Below, piece after piece: positions 61,920-64,000 of a DNA stretch of 64,000 nt. The stretch spans positions 1,984,001 to 2,048,000 of the forward strand of contig OY762463.1 in assembly GCA_963665815.1 (NCBI GenBank), given 5' to 3'. Made by a program: the position numbers and the translations under genes. The notes beneath the pieces were generated by a model that worked only from the letters and a program-made list of their open reading frames with translations, was not told where the DNA came from and made no database searches. The stretch is from Candidatus Cloacimonadales bacterium (GTDB lineage Bacteria > Cloacimonadota > Cloacimonadia > Cloacimonadales > JAIOQZ01). Every line of letters begins with the position of its first letter. Within the stretch, counting starts at the first letter, position 1.

Positions 61920-62145
61920 TGAGCATCTCTTTTATCTGCTTAACGTTAAGGACTTTCCCGACAGTTTTCACTTCATCATTGATAACCAAAGCAGGAATTG
62001 ACATTACACCATAACCGATTATTGTCTGCATATCAGTTACTTTATCGATTTCTGCTTCAATACCGAGTTCTTCAACAGCTTTTCTGGCATTTGCTTCCAG
62101 TGATTTACATTTTTTACAGGCAGCACCGAGTATTTTTATTTTCAT
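61912..62145 (-). CDS. Small redox-active disulfide protein (Thioredoxin_3 / MTH895-like)
   Basis: IKILG..CKKC and YGVMSIPALVI motifs; AAGGAG RBS. Confidence 0.88.
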   Translation of the reverse strand: MKIKILGAACKKCKSLEANARKAVEELGIEAEIDKVTDMQTIIGYGVMSIPALVINDEVKTVGKVLNVKQIKEMLNV

Positions 62146-62279
62146 GTTGACTCCTTTGTAAAGTTTGGTTCGATTTATGCTAAGCATTAATTAACAACAG
62201 ACCGTACTGCTGTCAAGATTTTGCATATATTACTTTGAAAAATGCAGAATTTCCCTATAATCTTATTGAGGTTAATCCA

Positions 62280-62762
62280 ATGAAATTAATTACAAAAACC
62301 AAAATAGAAGTTCTGATTATAATAATCCTGAGTATACTAATTTTTATTATTTCTTCACAAATTGATTTGTTTGAAATGATTCATGAATTTATTGAGAGTC
62401 ATGAAAGCTGGGAATTGGATGAAATTTTACCTGTTTTGATTTCTCTCAGCATATTTCTTCTTATCTTTTCTGTGAGAAGACTTCTGGAAAACAAAAAAGC
62501 GCTGAAGAAGCTTGAGAAAAACCATATGGAACTGCAAGAAGCACATAATGAGATCAAAACACTGTCCGGGCTGCTCCCTGTATGTTCAAAATGCAGAAAA
62601 ATTAAAAACAGTGAGGGCTATTGGCAGTCGTTGGAAACATACATTATGAAGCATACGGATGCTCTCATAACCCATGGTCTTTGTGAAGACTGCGTTAAAG
62701 AACTTTATGGAGAAGAATTTCTGGAAGATATCAAACAGTCTGAAGATCATATTAAAGAATAA
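62280..62762 (+). CDS. Membrane protein with C-terminal LLP.C..C..I...HG.C..C domain
   Basis: Two TMs, coiled coil and a Cys motif seen on signalling proteins. Confidence 0.7.
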   Translation: MKLITKTKIEVLIIIILSILIFIISSQIDLFEMIHEFIESHESWELDEILPVLISLSIFLLIFSVRRLLENKKALKKLEKNHMELQEAHNEIKTLSGLLPVCSKCRKIKNSEGYWQSLETYIMKHTDALITHGLCEDCVKELYGEEFLEDIKQSEDHIKE

Positions 62763-63637
62763 GTCATTCCTGTTCTGCTATCAATAAATTTAACTGCATC
62801 CGGGTGAATTTTATGAAGCATTCCATGTCGTAAACCAAGACTACTGATTTCTGCATCCATTATTCCTGTTACTTTCATTACAGCTTTAATAATCAGTGCA
62901 CCTCCGAGAATAATATCTGCTCTATCCGAAGGAACCCCCTTAAACTCTTTCCTGGTTTGAAGATCAAGCATACTAAATTCTCTGATAAACTTGTTCAATT
63001 GTAACAGAGAGATACTTGAGTTTCCTGTAATATTGTTCATTATACCGGCAGATCCACCTGTCAGAACAAGATTGGAATATCTGCTGCAAAGTTTGCTCAA
63101 ATCTATTTTACTCAGTACATGCAATATTGCAGAATTGATTGTTGCTCTGCCTGTTGGCTTATTCAGCTCGAACTTTTCAGTGAGATTCACTGCTCCCAGA
63201 TCAACAGATTGAAAACAGTCGGCTGACACAAGTTCCGTAGACATTCCTCCTGAATCCACCAGCAGAAAATCTTTTGATTTCTGAACGAGGCTGTTAACGT
63301 TATATATCAGTTTCGCTTCTTCATCTGCAGACAATACATTTATACAGATATCTGTTTCTCTTTCAATAAGTTCAATTGTTTGCTCCGTATTTACAGCAAT
63401 ACGGAATACTTCCGTACCACTTGCATGAATTTTTTCAATATTATATTTTTTGTGAAAACTATTCAGATATTCAATTGTGAGTTCGACCTGTTTCACACTA
63501 ATGTATTTCTGCTCATTGTTGAAAGCTCCAAATCTGTTTGGAAAATATAACTCATCTATAATACTTAAGGTTTCTGATTCAATCTCATAAATAACTGCTT
63601 TTAAGGAATTTGATCCGAAATCAAAATAAATATTCAT
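62747..63637 (-). CDS. Ppx/GppA family phosphatase
   Basis: DFGSNS, EEA, DSGGMSTE, RADII.GG and GLRHG motifs. Confidence 0.85.
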   Translation of the reverse strand: MNIYFDFGSNSLKAVIYEIESETLSIIDELYFPNRFGAFNNEQKYISVKQVELTIEYLNSFHKKYNIEKIHASGTEVFRIAVNTEQTIELIERETDICINVLSADEEAKLIYNVNSLVQKSKDFLLVDSGGMSTELVSADCFQSVDLGAVNLTEKFELNKPTGRATINSAILHVLSKIDLSKLCSRYSNLVLTGGSAGIMNNITGNSSISLLQLNKFIREFSMLDLQTRKEFKGVPSDRADIILGGALIIKAVMKVTGIMDAEISSLGLRHGMLHKIHPDAVKFIDSRTGMTYSLI

Positions 63638-63743
63638 TTTTCACTCTTTTTTTCCTTGTTAAAATCTCTTAAATATTTCTTTATTGACAGCTTGCTTTTG
63701 TAATTATTAATTAAAGTAAAATAAAAAAAATACTGGAGGATAT

Positions 63744-64000
63744 ATGAAGAAATATTTATATTTCATATTTTTTCTCTTACCGATATTCTGTTTTGCGGCA
63801 GGAACAGGAGATATAGCCGGTAAGGTAAAAGAAGCAAAGACACAACAACCTGTTGAATACGCTACAGTTATGATTCAGGGAACAAGTATTGCCACTTATA
63901 CCAATGAGAAAGGTTCATTTGTATTAAAAAACGTTCCTGTTGGCAAGTACAAATTACTCGCCAGAAAACTGGGATATGCAGAAATCGTACTGGAAATTGA
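63744..64000 (+). CDS. Probable TonB-dependent receptor or carboxypeptidase-regulatory-domain protein (3'-truncated)
   Basis: GGAGG RBS; MKKYLY...GDIAGKVKEAKTQQPVEYATV...TNEKGSF..KNVPVGKY...LGY; missing from the ORF track. Confidence 0.7.
   Translation, partial: MKKYLYFIFFLLPIFCFAAGTGDIAGKVKEAKTQQPVEYATVMIQGTSIATYTNEKGSFVLKNVPVGKYKLLARKLGYAEIVLEI

Noticed and set aside
1187-63212. Numerous short antisense or overlapping ORFs in the track
   Set aside because: Shadow frames of well-supported genes.

Overview
AT-rich bacterial chromosome segment. FlgD-Ig-tailed secreted proteins, a DUF6754-type operon and a C-terminal WGxxK motif suggest Candidatus Cloacimonadota or a related FCB-group anaerobe (inference). 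Most of the window is housekeeping or envelope genes: plsC-ispH-rpsA, rnfCDGEAB, Lol/TamB-like, an NtrC two-component pair, an ECF locus, BamA-like, mlaD, hutI, HU, an untracked bS22-like ORF, psd, ccdA/thioredoxins and ppx. The most unusual part is a ~7.5 kb island (about 23.9-31.4 kb) of three mini Rhs-core toxin/immunity cassettes. They share a promoter/RBS leader and a downstream terminator, and are separated by mosaics of REP-like palindromes and a nested MITE. Every Rhs core carries a 114-nt in-frame segment made of three hairpins with the same TC/TRY internal loop. One hairpin differs between otherwise identical copies by four compensatory base-pair changes. Another 33-nt hairpin occurs a second time, again in frame. 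Also notable: a GlmL-like ATPase next to a DUF6754-type membrane operon, a 1387-bp tandem duplication with divergent N-terminal domains, and two MITE families. No rRNA, tRNA, CRISPR array, reverse transcriptase, integrase or transposase gene was recognised. All family assignments come from motif recognition by eye, not from database searches.
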